Below are positions 1 to 9,367 of a stretch of DNA of 64,000 bases, one piece after another. The stretch is from an uncultured virus (IMG/VR IMGVR_UViG_3300017780_003486) (lineage: Duplodnaviria > Heunggongvirae > Uroviricota > Caudoviricetes). Under the pieces are notes generated by a model. The model did no database searches. It worked only from the letters and a program-made list of their open reading frames with translations, and was not told where the DNA came from. The position numbers and the translations under genes are program-made. Within the stretch, counting starts at the first letter, position 1. Each line of letters starts with the position of its first letter. The DNA lies in the IMG/VR virus record IMGVR_UViG_3300017780_003486; one strand, written 5' to 3'.

Positions 1-1780
1 GGCGTCTGATCCACTGGTCGGTCATACCCGAGCCCAGCGGGCCGGGACGGACAAGCGCGGTGAGGGCGATCAGGTCTTCGATATGATCGAGCTTCCCGCC
101 AACGTCGTTACGGAGACGGCGAACGAGACCGGCAAGTGCGGAGTCCGGCACGAACTGGAAGACGCCCGAGAACTGATGGTTGTTCAGTATCTCGAACGCA
201 TCGGGATCATCGAGCGGGATACGCTCGAAGAACGCCGACCGCTCTTTCGACTTCCCGATGAGCTCAAGGACCCGTTCGAACGTCGATAGCTGAGTAAGGC
301 CGAGCATATCGATCTTGAGGAGGTTGAGCGTCTCGGCATCGTACTTGTCGCACATCGCTACGCCGTTGCGCTTATCGACCGCAACGAAGTCGGCAACCGC
401 GTCCTGAGTGAGAACGACGCCCGCCGCGTGCTGACCGGCGTTCGACGGGTGGTCCTCTAGGCGTCCCGCGACAACCGCATGAGGGAAGTCGCGAAGGAGT
501 CGCTGACCAACGTCGGTGTCGTTAAGCGTATCGATGATCGTGGACGAGGCGCGGGAGTCGCCCATCGACCGTTTGATCACCGTGTTCGAGACCTCGTTGA
601 TCTGCCAGCTCGGGATACGAAGCGCCATCCCGATGGTCTTGAGGGCCGACTTACTCTGATGCATCGACACGGACCCGAGACGAGCGACGTGATCCGCGCC
701 GTACTTCTTCGAGATATACTCGATTGCGATGTGACGGTTAGCGTCGGAGAAATCGAGATCGATGTCGGGAAGATCGGAGCGAGTCCGGTCGATGAAGCGC
801 TCGAAAATCAGCCCATATGGAATGGGGTCCACGGACGTGATGCCGAGCAGGTAGCACGCGAGCGATCCGCAGGAGGAACCGCGCGCCGGGCCGACGACCA
901 TCTTCGTTCGGGAGAACTGCATCAGGTCGGCGATGATGAAGAAGTAGTCCTCGAACTTCTTCTCGTCGATCATCGCAAGCTCCTTATCGAGCCGTTCGCG
1001 ATAGACCTTATCCTTGAGGTCCACGCCGAGCTTCTTCGCGCCTTCTTCGCACATCGTGCGGAGGGTCTTCGGCTTCTTCGGCGTGAGCAGAGTAGCCTGA
1101 CGGAGACGCGCAACCGATCCCTTCATAACGGCGTCCCGGTTTCGAAGAGCGCTCTTCCGGTCTTCTTCGTCGGCGAACCAGACGGACTTCGCCCATTCGT
1201 CATCCGAGAGAATATGTTGGGGATACGTCTGCGTTGAAGCGCGCATCCCGATGGCGATCCGGTAGAACTCGACATCTTCCCGGCGCGTGTAGAGGTTATC
1301 GCCGGTAGCGATAAAGCGGAGCCCGAGCTTCTTCGCCGAACGATAGAGGCCGATGGGGGTCGAAGGAGCGAGGCTAACGTAAAGGAGCGGGGCCTTCTTC
1401 TTCCCGATGTGCTCGATCAGCGTCCGCTCTCCGGTGATCTTCGGAAGCGGAACCGCGAGCGCTTGCGGATACGTCAGGCCGCCTTGGGCGGTCGCCAATT
1501 CCACCACGGCGTGAAGCTCGCGCAGTTCGTCCTTCGCGAAGAACGTCCAATAATCGACGATTGGCTTTTTCGCGCCGAGTTCCGGGACAACCGGAAGCTC
1601 GACACCGTAGACGGGGCGAAGACCCTTCTTCTCGACGAGCTTCGTCCAGCGAGCGAAGCCGAACGTCGACATACGGTCCGATATGGGCGCGACCTTCCAA
1701 CCGATCTCGACGAGACGGTCGGCGACTTCTTCGAGATGACCAACGGCCGTCTTGAAGCTAAAGCCGGTACGGATACGCAT
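1..1780 (-). CDS. dnaE: DNA polymerase III alpha subunit (DnaE-type, N-terminal PHP domain); 3' end truncated by window edge
   Basis: Not in the ORF track because it runs off the edge. Read manually from ATG at 1780 (TAATG overlap with upstream stop): MRIRTGFSFK...ISDRMSTFG...VYGVE (PHP), VGPARGSSCGSL, FERFIDRTRSDLPDIDLDF, QHAAGVV, KIDMLGL. Confidence 0.95.
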   Translation of the reverse strand, partial: MRIRTGFSFKTAVGHLEEVADRLVEIGWKVAPISDRMSTFGFARWTKLVEKKGLRPVYGVELPVVPELGAKKPIVDYWTFFAKDELRELHAVVELATAQGGLTYPQALAVPLPKITGERTLIEHIGKKKAPLLYVSLAPSTPIGLYRSAKKLGLRFIATGDNLYTRREDVEFYRIAIGMRASTQTYPQHILSDDEWAKSVWFADEEDRKSALRNRDAVMKGSVARLRQATLLTPKKPKTLRTMCEEGAKKLGVDLKDKVYRERLDKELAMIDEKKFEDYFFIIADLMQFSRTKMVVGPARGSSCGSLACYLLGITSVDPIPYGLIFERFIDRTRSDLPDIDLDFSDANRHIAIEYISKKYGADHVARLGSVSMHQSKSALKTIGMALRIPSWQINEVSNTVIKRSMGDSRASSTIIDTLNDTDVGQRLLRDFPHAVVAGRLEDHPSNAGQHAAGVVLTQDAVADFVAVDKRNGVAMCDKYDAETLNLLKIDMLGLTQLSTFERVLELIGKSKERSAFFERIPLDDPDAFEILNNHQFSGVFQFVPDSALAGLVRRLRNDVGGKLDHIEDLIALTALVRPGPLGSGMTDQWIRR

Positions 1781-2358
1781 TAGAGTTCTCCCCTCTTCGC
1801 GAGTTCTACACAACAACGGGATAGGGCTTCAACGTCGGCCTTCGCCCTATGCGCTCCCGAGAACGTCTTCCCGAAGAGGAGTTCGTGGAGCGCACCGAGG
1901 CCGAGGCGATAGCCCTTAAGGTGAACGGTCTGCTCGATGGAGCAGATCACCGGAGGCCATTCGATCCGAAGCGAAAGACGTTCGGCCTCGATATCGAGCA
2001 TATCGCGGTCGAAGGAAGCATTCTGCGCGATAACGAGCGGGGCCGACTCGATCAGGGAGAAGATTTTCTCGGACACGCCCTTGAACAGCGGGGCGTTCTT
2101 CAGCATTTCGTTCGTTATCCCGGTGATATCGGTGATCGTCTTCTTACTCTTGAAGTCGACCGGCATCGGGGAGAGCGGCTTCGCGGGCTTGATCAGCGTA
2201 TGATACTCATCGAGCTTGCGACCCGAGTTCAGATCGATGGTCTCGCCGTAGAACTCGATGACTTCCGGGAGCCGGTCGAGCGGCATGGACCGGTTCTCGA
2301 TCAGGCCGGTGGTCTCCGTATCGTAAACGAAGGCGAGGCGTTCTACCTTCCTCGTCAC
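1780..2358 (-). CDS. DEDDh 3'-5' exonuclease (Pol III epsilon-like)
   Basis: YDTETTG, AQNASFD, AHRAKAD motifs; probable GTG start at 2358 inside track ORF 1780..2478; coupled to dnaE. Confidence 0.9.
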   Translation of the reverse strand: MTRKVERLAFVYDTETTGLIENRSMPLDRLPEVIEFYGETIDLNSGRKLDEYHTLIKPAKPLSPMPVDFKSKKTITDITGITNEMLKNAPLFKGVSEKIFSLIESAPLVIAQNASFDRDMLDIEAERLSLRIEWPPVICSIEQTVHLKGYRLGLGALHELLFGKTFSGAHRAKADVEALSRCCVELAKRGEL

Positions 2359-2368
2359 CGGCTTCTTC

Positions 2369-2614
2369 TTAGCCGGGACCGCGCGGGTTCCGCTCTTCTT
2401 CGAGCTTGTCGATGAGGACCTGGACCGCGCGGGCTTCGCCGCTCGCGTCGATGAGCTTGCTCCTGAGGTCGCTTTCATATTCCTTCAGCCCCTTCAATTC
2501 TCTCGTAAGGCAGTTCATACAGGAGACCTCCGTCAGTTCGGAAGTCGTCTGTCCGCTTCTAGCCCCGGCTTTACAGAGCGAGTCGCCTCGATAGTGGATC
2601 GCTCTCCTACCCAT
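2369..2614 (-). CDS. hypothetical protein (small, Cys/His-containing)
   Basis: 81 aa ORF tiling the operon. Confidence 0.55.
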   Translation of the reverse strand: MGRRAIHYRGDSLCKAGARSGQTTSELTEVSCMNCLTRELKGLKEYESDLRSKLIDASGEARAVQVLIDKLEEERNPRGPG

Positions 2615-3131
2615 TCGGGTTCTCCTTCGGTATCGAATGGACCTGAAGGCAGAGGATACCGATGCCGCGATACGCTTCGCATACGTCGGCGCGATCTTCG
2701 AGCGCGAGTGCGATATAGTCGCTCGCCTTCGTATAGGAAGCGCCGTAACGCTTCCGAAGCTCCTTGATCACGAGTGCCGGCTTAAGGATCGGGGACGGAA
2801 CCGTGACCTCGTCGTTGGGGCGCATGAGAAGGAGGTCGAAAGAAATCGACCCCATCCGCGCGAGGGTAGCTTCGGTCAGGTCGCGCCATTTCTCCGGCCG
2901 GGAGGTCACGCCCCAGATTTCGAACGCGACGAGTTCAAGGGCGGCGATAAGATCGAGCATCGCGCCGAGCGGCCGGTCATCGACCGACTTCGCGTTGTAG
3001 AGGTCCCACTCCTCCGGCTTGGCGGCCCCGCCGTCTATGCGCGTTGGCATAAACTGCTCGCGCCACTTCGCGTCGACCAACGTATCGTCGATATCGACGA
3101 GAACGATCTTCGGTCCGTTATGCTTATTCAT
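2607..3131 (-). CDS. HAD-superfamily phosphatase (PNKP phosphatase-like)
   Basis: VLVDIDDTL motif I, VTSRP motif II, LLMRP, LEDR motif IV. Confidence 0.85.
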   Translation of the reverse strand: MNKHNGPKIVLVDIDDTLVDAKWREQFMPTRIDGGAAKPEEWDLYNAKSVDDRPLGAMLDLIAALELVAFEIWGVTSRPEKWRDLTEATLARMGSISFDLLLMRPNDEVTVPSPILKPALVIKELRKRYGASYTKASDYIALALEDRADVCEAYRGIGILCLQVHSIPKENPNG

Positions 3132-3136
3132 CTTCG

Positions 3137-3484
3137 TTACTCCTTTTCTTCGCCGTCGCGAACGTGCTCGCTATGGCCGTCCTTCGTCTTCTCCCAACGA
3201 CGGGAGAGGTTCTTCGCGTGCTTCGCTCGCCACGCCGCTACGATCTCCTTTCCGGAGTACCCGGCTCGGCTCGCACCGTCGAGAGCGAGGAAGATCACGT
3301 CGATGTACTCGACGATGTCGTTCGGCTTCTCTTCGATCTCGATGAGTTCCTTCCGGATATGATTGACGATCCCGGTCGTCGTAATTTCGTCTCCGAAGAC
3401 CCTCCGCGACCAGAGTGCCTTATCGTCGATGAAGCCAGCGAGGTCGGCTCCGGGGTCTTTGAAGATGAACGATTTATCTTTCAC
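3137..3484 (-). CDS. DUF550-like dATP/dGTP pyrophosphohydrolase (MazG-like fold)
   Basis: WSRRVFG...HIRKELIEIEEKPNDIVEYIDVIFLALDGASRAG...AKHAKNLSRRW pattern. Confidence 0.8.
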   Translation of the reverse strand: MKDKSFIFKDPGADLAGFIDDKALWSRRVFGDEITTTGIVNHIRKELIEIEEKPNDIVEYIDVIFLALDGASRAGYSGKEIVAAWRAKHAKNLSRRWEKTKDGHSEHVRDGEEKE

Positions 3485-3593
3485 GGCGGACCTCCTGTTG
3501 ATTGAAAACGATAACGACGGCGACGTAAGCCGTAGCGAGTAGGAACACGGCGATGGCCGCGATAGCGGCAGCTTTCATAACGACCTCCTTCGG

Positions 3594-3797
3594 TCAAGAT
3601 TGGTTAAGCGATGGTCCGACGCAGTAATAGATCAGCTCCACGCGAGCCTTCGCCATATCTCCGGCCTCGTCGGCCATCTCCTTGACCCGCTTTTCGCAGG
3701 CGTCTAGAGACTCGACGGCCTCTTCAATCGGCTCACTGAAGGCGAAGTCGGGACCGCCGCCGATAGCGAAGCCGACGACTAGAAGGAGCCACATCAC
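3594..3797 (-). CDS. hypothetical protein with N-terminal hydrophobic/signal segment
   Basis: 67 aa ORF overlapping neighbour. Confidence 0.5.
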   Translation of the reverse strand: MMWLLLVVGFAIGGGPDFAFSEPIEEAVESLDACEKRVKEMADEAGDMAKARVELIYYCVGPSLNQS

Positions 3798-4021
3798 GCC
3801 TTTCCTTTCTTCTTCGGGGCCGGGAGCCGTTCGAGGATCACGTCAACGGGCGTGAACATATCGTCTACCGGAGCCTTCCAAATACGACGAACCACGACAC
3901 AGGTTCTCGGAAAGCGCGGGTCGCCTCCGATCTCGACGTGATCGCCGACCGCCGGGCACTCGCTGAAGGTCCGCGACACGTGTACGACATCGTCGAGTAG
4001 CATCGTAACTCTAAGGCTCAT
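3794..4021 (-). CDS. hypothetical protein
   Basis: 75 aa, ATGA overlap. Confidence 0.55.
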   Translation of the reverse strand: MSLRVTMLLDDVVHVSRTFSECPAVGDHVEIGGDPRFPRTCVVVRRIWKAPVDDMFTPVDVILERLPAPKKKGKA

Positions 4022-4431
4022 GATCGGCCTCCTCTTCTTCTCTCTTCCTCGTCGACAAGCTCGAACAGCGTCCCTTGTTCGCGAGGCGTGAGGATCGCCG
4101 CAGGGTTCATAAGAGGCGAGGCTTTGCGAAGCCGCGTCTCGATACCGTCGAGCCAGTTCCGTGTCTCCGGAGGCATCTTCGCGTCCTTAAGGAATGCGAC
4201 CGCTTCCGGTATCGTTTTCGTCGGGGCTCCACGCATCCAGCCGGGAGCGGAAGAAGCCCCGCCCCGGATAACCGGAGCGGAGCCGCGACCGACTAGAACG
4301 GTCTCCCACGTCTCGTTGGCCTCGCGAAGAAGACGGTTCGCAATCACGAGAGCGGAGAAGACTTCGCCCGACTGATCGGATTGCGTTCGCGCCATTATCT
4401 TCGCGAGGCGACGACGATCAAGGTTAGGCAC
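4018..4431 (-). CDS. hypothetical protein (N-terminus weakly DUF2786-like)
   Basis: Probable GTG start at 4431; RLAKIMARTQSDQSGEVFSAL. Confidence 0.5.
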   Translation of the reverse strand: MPNLDRRRLAKIMARTQSDQSGEVFSALVIANRLLREANETWETVLVGRGSAPVIRGGASSAPGWMRGAPTKTIPEAVAFLKDAKMPPETRNWLDGIETRLRKASPLMNPAAILTPREQGTLFELVDEEERRRGGRS

Positions 4432-5119
4432 GATGGTCGCCTTCTCCGAGCCTCGCCTTCGCATCTTCGTAGTTCGCAAACCCGGCCGCAGCAGCGGCCT
4501 GATCGAAGGCGACCGTTCGGTCGAGACCGGTCTTCTTGATCTTCGCCTTCGCGACCGACTCGATGCTCGAAAGCGTCGGAGCCGTCTTCGCCGTCGTCGA
4601 CGTGTCGACCGGAACACCGGCATAGATGTATTCGTAGCGCTGTCTTCCGCTATCGAGTGTCGACTCCCAGCGACGCTTCGAGATGACGAAGCGCGTTCCA
4701 TCGGCGTCGTCATACTCGATCATCTCGGCAAGCTCTTCGTGGTCGGCGTCCCAGCGAACGCCGGTGACGCGATAGAGCGTCCCTTTATAGTGACGATGGG
4801 TCGGAGCCCATACGGGCTCCTTCGCCTCGTCGAGCGCGACGATGACCCGGTTCTTGAGCGTCTCGGTCAGCTTCGCGTTCTGATCGATGAGCTTCTCCAG
4901 CGTCGTGATCGCGTCGTGATAGAGCGTCGCGAGCGCTTGGTTCGGATTGACGATACCGTAGTCGGGCGGGTCCTTCCGGAGTTCGGCCGTAGCGATATCG
5001 CCGTGATACTTCCGCTTCTCCTTCAGCTCGTCGAGAAGCCTCGGGTTCCCGATGATGCTCGTCTGGCCGGGGACTACAGCCCGGCTATGACGCTGCGCGA
5101 GTTCGGCTTCGGTTCTCAT
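4424..5119 (-). CDS. DUF1653-like domain protein
   Basis: THRHYKGTLYRV...EMIEY pattern. Confidence 0.6.
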   Translation of the reverse strand: MRTEAELAQRHSRAVVPGQTSIIGNPRLLDELKEKRKYHGDIATAELRKDPPDYGIVNPNQALATLYHDAITTLEKLIDQNAKLTETLKNRVIVALDEAKEPVWAPTHRHYKGTLYRVTGVRWDADHEELAEMIEYDDADGTRFVISKRRWESTLDSGRQRYEYIYAGVPVDTSTTAKTAPTLSSIESVAKAKIKKTGLDRTVAFDQAAAAAGFANYEDAKARLGEGDHRA

Positions 5120-5709
5120 TTCTCGGTCTCCTTTTCGTTCTTCGTTTTCGAGTGCGCGATGAGCATCAGATACGGGCCGACCGGGCTTTCGAAGATACGG
5201 CCGCGAAGGATCGCCTGAACGTCGTCCTTCGAGAGCATAGCGCTCCCTTCTTTCGCGCGTTCTACGTTCACGTTCGAAAGGTCTTCTTCGCCGAAGATGC
5301 TCGACATACCGTCGCCGAATTCAACGTAAACTCCCCACTCACCCTTGGTCTTTTCGGCGACCGGTCCGACGCCGTCAAGGTTGGCATCGATCAAGTCCCG
5401 CGAGGCCGCCCAATCGGCGTCGCATTCGCGCGAGAGCATCGCGTAGACGGCGAGGTCATCGAGCGAGTCCTGATGACCGCCGCGTTTGATGTTCTGCGAG
5501 TAGCGCGTCAGCTTCGATACGAGGTGGAAGACGAGATGAAGACGGTTCCAGTCCTCCTCCGTTTCGAGCGAGAGCCCGGCCGGGAAGAGACCTTGCATGA
5601 TCTTCCCGACGTGCTTGTAATTATCGCCATAGAGCGGCTTACGTTCGCGATAGATGTCGGCGATCTCGACGAGGAAATCGGCCGCGTTCTTCTTCGGTGC
5701 ATCGGACAT
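5116..5709 (-). CDS. DUF6378/Nmad-like nucleotide-modification-associated helical protein
   Basis: IYRERKPLYGD...KLTRY...HQDSLDDLAVYA pattern. Confidence 0.65.
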   Translation of the reverse strand: MSDAPKKNAADFLVEIADIYRERKPLYGDNYKHVGKIMQGLFPAGLSLETEEDWNRLHLVFHLVSKLTRYSQNIKRGGHQDSLDDLAVYAMLSRECDADWAASRDLIDANLDGVGPVAEKTKGEWGVYVEFGDGMSSIFGEEDLSNVNVERAKEGSAMLSKDDVQAILRGRIFESPVGPYLMLIAHSKTKNEKETEK

Positions 5710-5711
5710 GA

Positions 5712-6395
5712 TCAGTACGCCTTTCCGCCTTCGAGTTTCCGGTTCTCCAATCGATGATCGGGACGCTTCGCGTTGAAGGCCGCCTTCTCTTCGACCGCGC
5801 CGATCAGATCGAGTCCGCGCGAAGCCGCAAGATCGAACGCCGTTCGAACGGCCTTCGCGAGATAGAAGACGATCATGGAGTCCGAAGTCCCAAGGGTTCC
5901 GGACGGAACAACGACGTAGTTGTAGGCGTTCGAAAGCCGTCGATGGATTTCCGCGAACGGATCGCTGTTCGGCCCGCTCGGGAGTTCTCCCCCGGCATCG
6001 GAGAAGATGGACGCGACGTGGCGACCGAACAGTTCGGTTTCGCCGGGCCGGAGGCTACCGACGAAGTCACCCAAGCGGATGAGCATATCGCCGATCTCGA
6101 CCTCGACGCCTTTCCGGAGCGGGAGTTTATCGTCCATCAGGTTCTTCCGGTCAGCCTCGACGGCCTCCGAGACTTCGGAGTGCATGAGGGCGATCAACTG
6201 ACCTTGGTTCCTCTCCTTCCGGAGCCCGGTCTGAGGATCGGTCCACCAACCGGCTTTGACCTGTGCCGCGTGACACCACGCGGCGAAGAAAGCGAAGCCG
6301 TCCGCGATCTTCGACCGCTCGGATTTTCCTAGCGAACGACCGCTAGCAGCGACATTGCAGAGACGAAAGGCGTCTCTCATTGTTTCGATATTCAT
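5712..6395 (-). CDS. MazG-like NTP pyrophosphohydrolase
   Basis: IALMHSEVSEAVEADRK...EVEIGDMLIRLGD; EEKAAFNAKR. Confidence 0.85.
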   Translation of the reverse strand: MNIETMRDAFRLCNVAASGRSLGKSERSKIADGFAFFAAWCHAAQVKAGWWTDPQTGLRKERNQGQLIALMHSEVSEAVEADRKNLMDDKLPLRKGVEVEIGDMLIRLGDFVGSLRPGETELFGRHVASIFSDAGGELPSGPNSDPFAEIHRRLSNAYNYVVVPSGTLGTSDSMIVFYLAKAVRTAFDLAASRGLDLIGAVEEKAAFNAKRPDHRLENRKLEGGKAY

Positions 6396-6414
6396 AGGGC
6401 CTCTCCTCGTTGAA

Positions 6415-6669
6415 TTAGAACGGCTTGTATTTACGCTTCGCGACCATACGCTTGATCGTCTGCGGAGCGTGTTCGGGGAAGTGACGGAACGTAACCGTCA
6501 CTCCCTTCATCGCTCGTATCCGATCCGCGCACGTCTTGCGGAGCCGGATCGATCCGAAGTAGAACGTATTTTCGTAGACCTTCTCGTCGTATTCGTATGT
6601 CCCTTCGATGTTCCTCCCTTCGCGTTTCTCGACGACGACCACGTCCATAACATAGATGCTATCGGCCAT
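6415..6669 (-). CDS. hypothetical protein
   Basis: Start MADSIY overlapping upstream stop. Confidence 0.55.
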   Translation of the reverse strand: MADSIYVMDVVVVEKREGRNIEGTYEYDEKVYENTFYFGSIRLRKTCADRIRAMKGVTVTFRHFPEHAPQTIKRMVAKRKYKPF

Positions 6670-7291
6670 CGTGCACCGCCGGAGTCGGCTTGATATAGTT
6701 CCCGAGCTGAAGGTCGACATCGAGATACGGCCCGACCTCATCGAGTAGGGTTTCCGTCCAGAAGTCCTCCCAACGATTGCCTTCCGGCATCGACCTATTG
6801 ACGTGCTTCGCTTCCGCTTCGAGCTTCGGATACCACTCGCGGAGCTTCTTAACGAGACCCGCCGTTCCCTCGTCTTCGAGCCGATGAAGCGAGACCTTCG
6901 CCCCTCCGTTCGTCTCGACGGCGGAAGCGACGTACTCGCTTTGGGTCGCCGTCCAGTCGTGATGCTTCCTCTTCTGCGAGGATCGAGCCGCTACCCACGC
7001 TCGGACGAAGCGAACGAAACCACCGTCCGCTTTCCCGTTGAACCAACTCGTCGGCTGGTTCGCCAACTTCCGCCCGAAGAAGTAGGCCGAGACGAGGCGA
7101 GCGTGCGGATGGCGGATCGTAATGATCACGCGGCCCTTCCGATATTCCGAAGGAACCACCGGAGAATGACGCGGCATCTCGACGACGAAGAGCCCACTCG
7201 CAGAGAGTGAGCTTTCGGCCGACCGCGTTCCGGTCTTCGTCGGCGTGAGGATCGCTACGCCGCCTTTCTTCGCGTCTCTTGAGAGGATCAT
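6659..7291 (-). CDS. sulfotransferase-like protein (Sulfotransfer_2-like)
   Basis: TPTKTGTRS resembles the 5'-PSB loop; IRHPHARLVSAY resembles the 3'-PB motif; HW...Q, RLED, HVN. Confidence 0.7.
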   Translation of the reverse strand: MILSRDAKKGGVAILTPTKTGTRSAESSLSASGLFVVEMPRHSPVVPSEYRKGRVIITIRHPHARLVSAYFFGRKLANQPTSWFNGKADGGFVRFVRAWVAARSSQKRKHHDWTATQSEYVASAVETNGGAKVSLHRLEDEGTAGLVKKLREWYPKLEAEAKHVNRSMPEGNRWEDFWTETLLDEVGPYLDVDLQLGNYIKPTPAVHDGR

Positions 7292-7734
7292 GGAAGAGGC
7301 TCCTTCAGGCTCGCCTGTTCGCCGTACAGCTTCGTCATCTTCTCACGCTTCCGTTCGAGGGCGACGCGAAGCTCGTCGATGCTAATGACGCCTTTCTCGA
7401 CGAGTAGAAGGACGATGTAGAAGAGGTCGCCGACCTCCTGCACCCAGCGGTCGCGCGGTGGGAGGTTCCCTTTCGCGATCCACTTTTCATACGAGTCGCT
7501 TCCGGGAGGGAAGCGAAGCCATTTCACGCGCTCCACGATGATCTCGGCGGCCTCTTCCGAGAGGATATCGCGAAGGTCGCCCATGTCGCCGCTTGAAGGC
7601 GCGTCAATCGATTGACGAACGGCCTTCTCGATCAGCTCCACGTCCTCAACGGATAGCGAGAGGTTCCCGCCGCGATACGATCCTATCGAAGAGAGGAGCG
7701 CTTCGGCTTTGGTCTTTTCGGCTTCGGTCATCAT
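7288..7734 (-). CDS. second MazG-like pyrophosphohydrolase
   Basis: LSEEAAEII...VQEVGDL...KREK; start MMTEAEK at 7734. Confidence 0.65.
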   Translation of the reverse strand: MMTEAEKTKAEALLSSIGSYRGGNLSLSVEDVELIEKAVRQSIDAPSSGDMGDLRDILSEEAAEIIVERVKWLRFPPGSDSYEKWIAKGNLPPRDRWVQEVGDLFYIVLLLVEKGVISIDELRVALERKREKMTKLYGEQASLKEPLP

Positions 7735-7928
7735 GTCCACGTCCTCTTCCCGGTTCCCGGATCGAAGTCCGAGCAGATTTCGCAAACCGGGAGAGGTCCG
7801 GGGCCGCCCCGGTAGGGAACGGCCTCGCCGTAGACCGGCTCGCATACGAAGTCGCAGCATCGGCAGAGCGGCTTCCGGCCGAGTACCTTCTGGATGAACC
7901 AGTGCTTGAGGATGGTCAGAACGCGCAT
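7731..7928 (-). CDS. small Cys-rich hypothetical protein
   Basis: CRCC...CEIC; ATG overlaps thyX stop. Confidence 0.5.
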   Translation of the reverse strand: MRVLTILKHWFIQKVLGRKPLCRCCDFVCEPVYGEAVPYRGGPGPLPVCEICSDFDPGTGKRTWT

Positions 7929-8680
7929 CAGCCCCTCCTGATCTGGTCGACGAGCTTGAGGAGTTCGGTTGCGAGCATCGGCTCGCGGTCGCGGAGGACG
8001 GCGAGCTTCGCGTCCATATCCGCGAGCACCTTGTCTCGTGTCTGGGCGAGGAAGATCGAGGCCCACGGGTGGACCTTGAGGACCGCATCGCGCATCGCGA
8101 GCGCGACTTCGCGGAACTCGCCGAGGTTCCGGGGCGAGATACGCGAGGCGAAGACTTCGGAGAGCGTGCGGAGGTTCACCTTGACGACGATGTTCGTCTT
8201 GATATTCGTCGGGAGAATACCGCGCGCTTCCTCGACGGTCGCGCCGTTGGCGATCATCGAACGATACGCGGTGTCGATAACGTCGATAGCGTTATCCCAG
8301 ATATCCCCGGCGGCGATGTTCTTCCCAGAGTCCGGGTCGGAAAAGCGAACGGGCTTCGCGACAGCGGTAGCATCGACCTGGAGTATCTGCATCGTCTGCT
8401 GGGCGTAGCTCGCGTGTCGGGTTCTCACGAGCTGATGTGTGAAGGCCCGCGTAACGTCTTCGAGAAGGAAGACGTAATCGACGAACTCCCACGACGAGCG
8501 GATGGTATTCGCCATGTAGTTCAGTTCTTCGATCTTCTTCGAGACCGGCCACTCGGCGATCTCGTTGATGCCTTCGGGCGACATCTTGATCCGGGTGTTC
8601 TTCGTGAAGATCATGAGGTTAGCGGCGTACCAGCGATCAGAGTGGCCGCTACCGGTGTAGTCAAGGATCGAAACTCGCAT
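7928..8680 (-). CDS. thyX: flavin-dependent thymidylate synthase
   Basis: VTRAFTHQLVRTRHASYAQQT, EEARGILP, NLRTL motifs. Confidence 0.9.
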   Translation of the reverse strand: MRVSILDYTGSGHSDRWYAANLMIFTKNTRIKMSPEGINEIAEWPVSKKIEELNYMANTIRSSWEFVDYVFLLEDVTRAFTHQLVRTRHASYAQQTMQILQVDATAVAKPVRFSDPDSGKNIAAGDIWDNAIDVIDTAYRSMIANGATVEEARGILPTNIKTNIVVKVNLRTLSEVFASRISPRNLGEFREVALAMRDAVLKVHPWASIFLAQTRDKVLADMDAKLAVLRDREPMLATELLKLVDQIRRG

Positions 8681-8717
8681 CTGTATATTCCCTATTCACA
8701 TAGTTTTTACGAAGGTC

Positions 8718-8836
8718 GGCCCCGGAGGTTCGGGTCACCGCTCGGGGGAACGGCTTCTAAGCCTCCGGGGCCTTCCTCTCTTCGCTTCCTATCACGGCTC
8801 GGTTCTCTACGGACCGTGAGTCTAGCGGAAGCGAAG
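8718..8836 (-). promoter_or_regulatory. tandem pair of long interrupted hairpins upstream of thyX
   Basis: Inverted repeats 8718-8728/8762-8772 (11 bp) and 8780-8789/8827-8836 (10 bp), each with an inner stem. Confidence 0.6.
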
Positions 8837-8842
8837 CGAGGT

Positions 8843-9367
8843 CTATTTCTTGGTCACGCCGCCGCAATGGCGGCACTTCGAACGAAGCGGATGGTTAGCA
8901 ACGCCGCACGACTTACACTTCCACTGATCGTTGCCGCCGAAATTAAAGGCGGGGTCGTCGGCTTCGACGGCGACTTCGGGGAGAGGAAGCCAGCCGACGA
9001 AATCGGCTTCCGATCCACCGCGATCAAAGACAGAGTCGTTGGCGTAATCGACCCACGGCTGACGCGGGCGATATTCGGGATCGTAGCGAACGACCTCGCA
9101 ACGAAGTAGCGTGGTTGTATAGCCAGAATGCAACCAGAGCTGGATATAGCTTCCGTCCTTCGGGACGGTCTTCATCGGATTGAGAACGACCGGGCCGAAC
9201 GCTTCGCGCGGGATGCGGAGCGCGGAGTATCCGGTATCCCGGTCCAACCATTCTCCGACGCTGATCGATCTTCCTTCGTGGTTCTCGACCTCGACGAATG
9301 TCGAGTCCATATTGTCCTTCGGTCCCGAAAAGACGATATCGATGAAAGGAATAGCTTTCGAGCTCAT
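8843..9367 (-). CDS. hypothetical protein with C-terminal RanBP2-type zinc finger
   Basis: WKCKSCGVANHPLRSKCRHC fits W-x-C-x2-C-x3-N-x6-C-x2-C. Confidence 0.65.
   Translation of the reverse strand: MSSKAIPFIDIVFSGPKDNMDSTFVEVENHEGRSISVGEWLDRDTGYSALRIPREAFGPVVLNPMKTVPKDGSYIQLWLHSGYTTTLLRCEVVRYDPEYRPRQPWVDYANDSVFDRGGSEADFVGWLPLPEVAVEADDPAFNFGGNDQWKCKSCGVANHPLRSKCRHCGGVTKK

Noticed and set aside
479..1783. Long plus-strand ORFs at the left edge, and similar antisense ORFs elsewhere (e.g. 8069..9109, 10547..11848, 41692..42891, 54103..55242)
   Set aside because: Shadow ORFs opposite well-supported genes, expected in high-GC DNA; no RBS or motifs.
3137..3484. 2-aminoadenine (Z-genome) pathway implied by DUF550
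   Set aside because: No PurZ or HD-family dATPase seen in the window; genes beyond the edges cannot be excluded.
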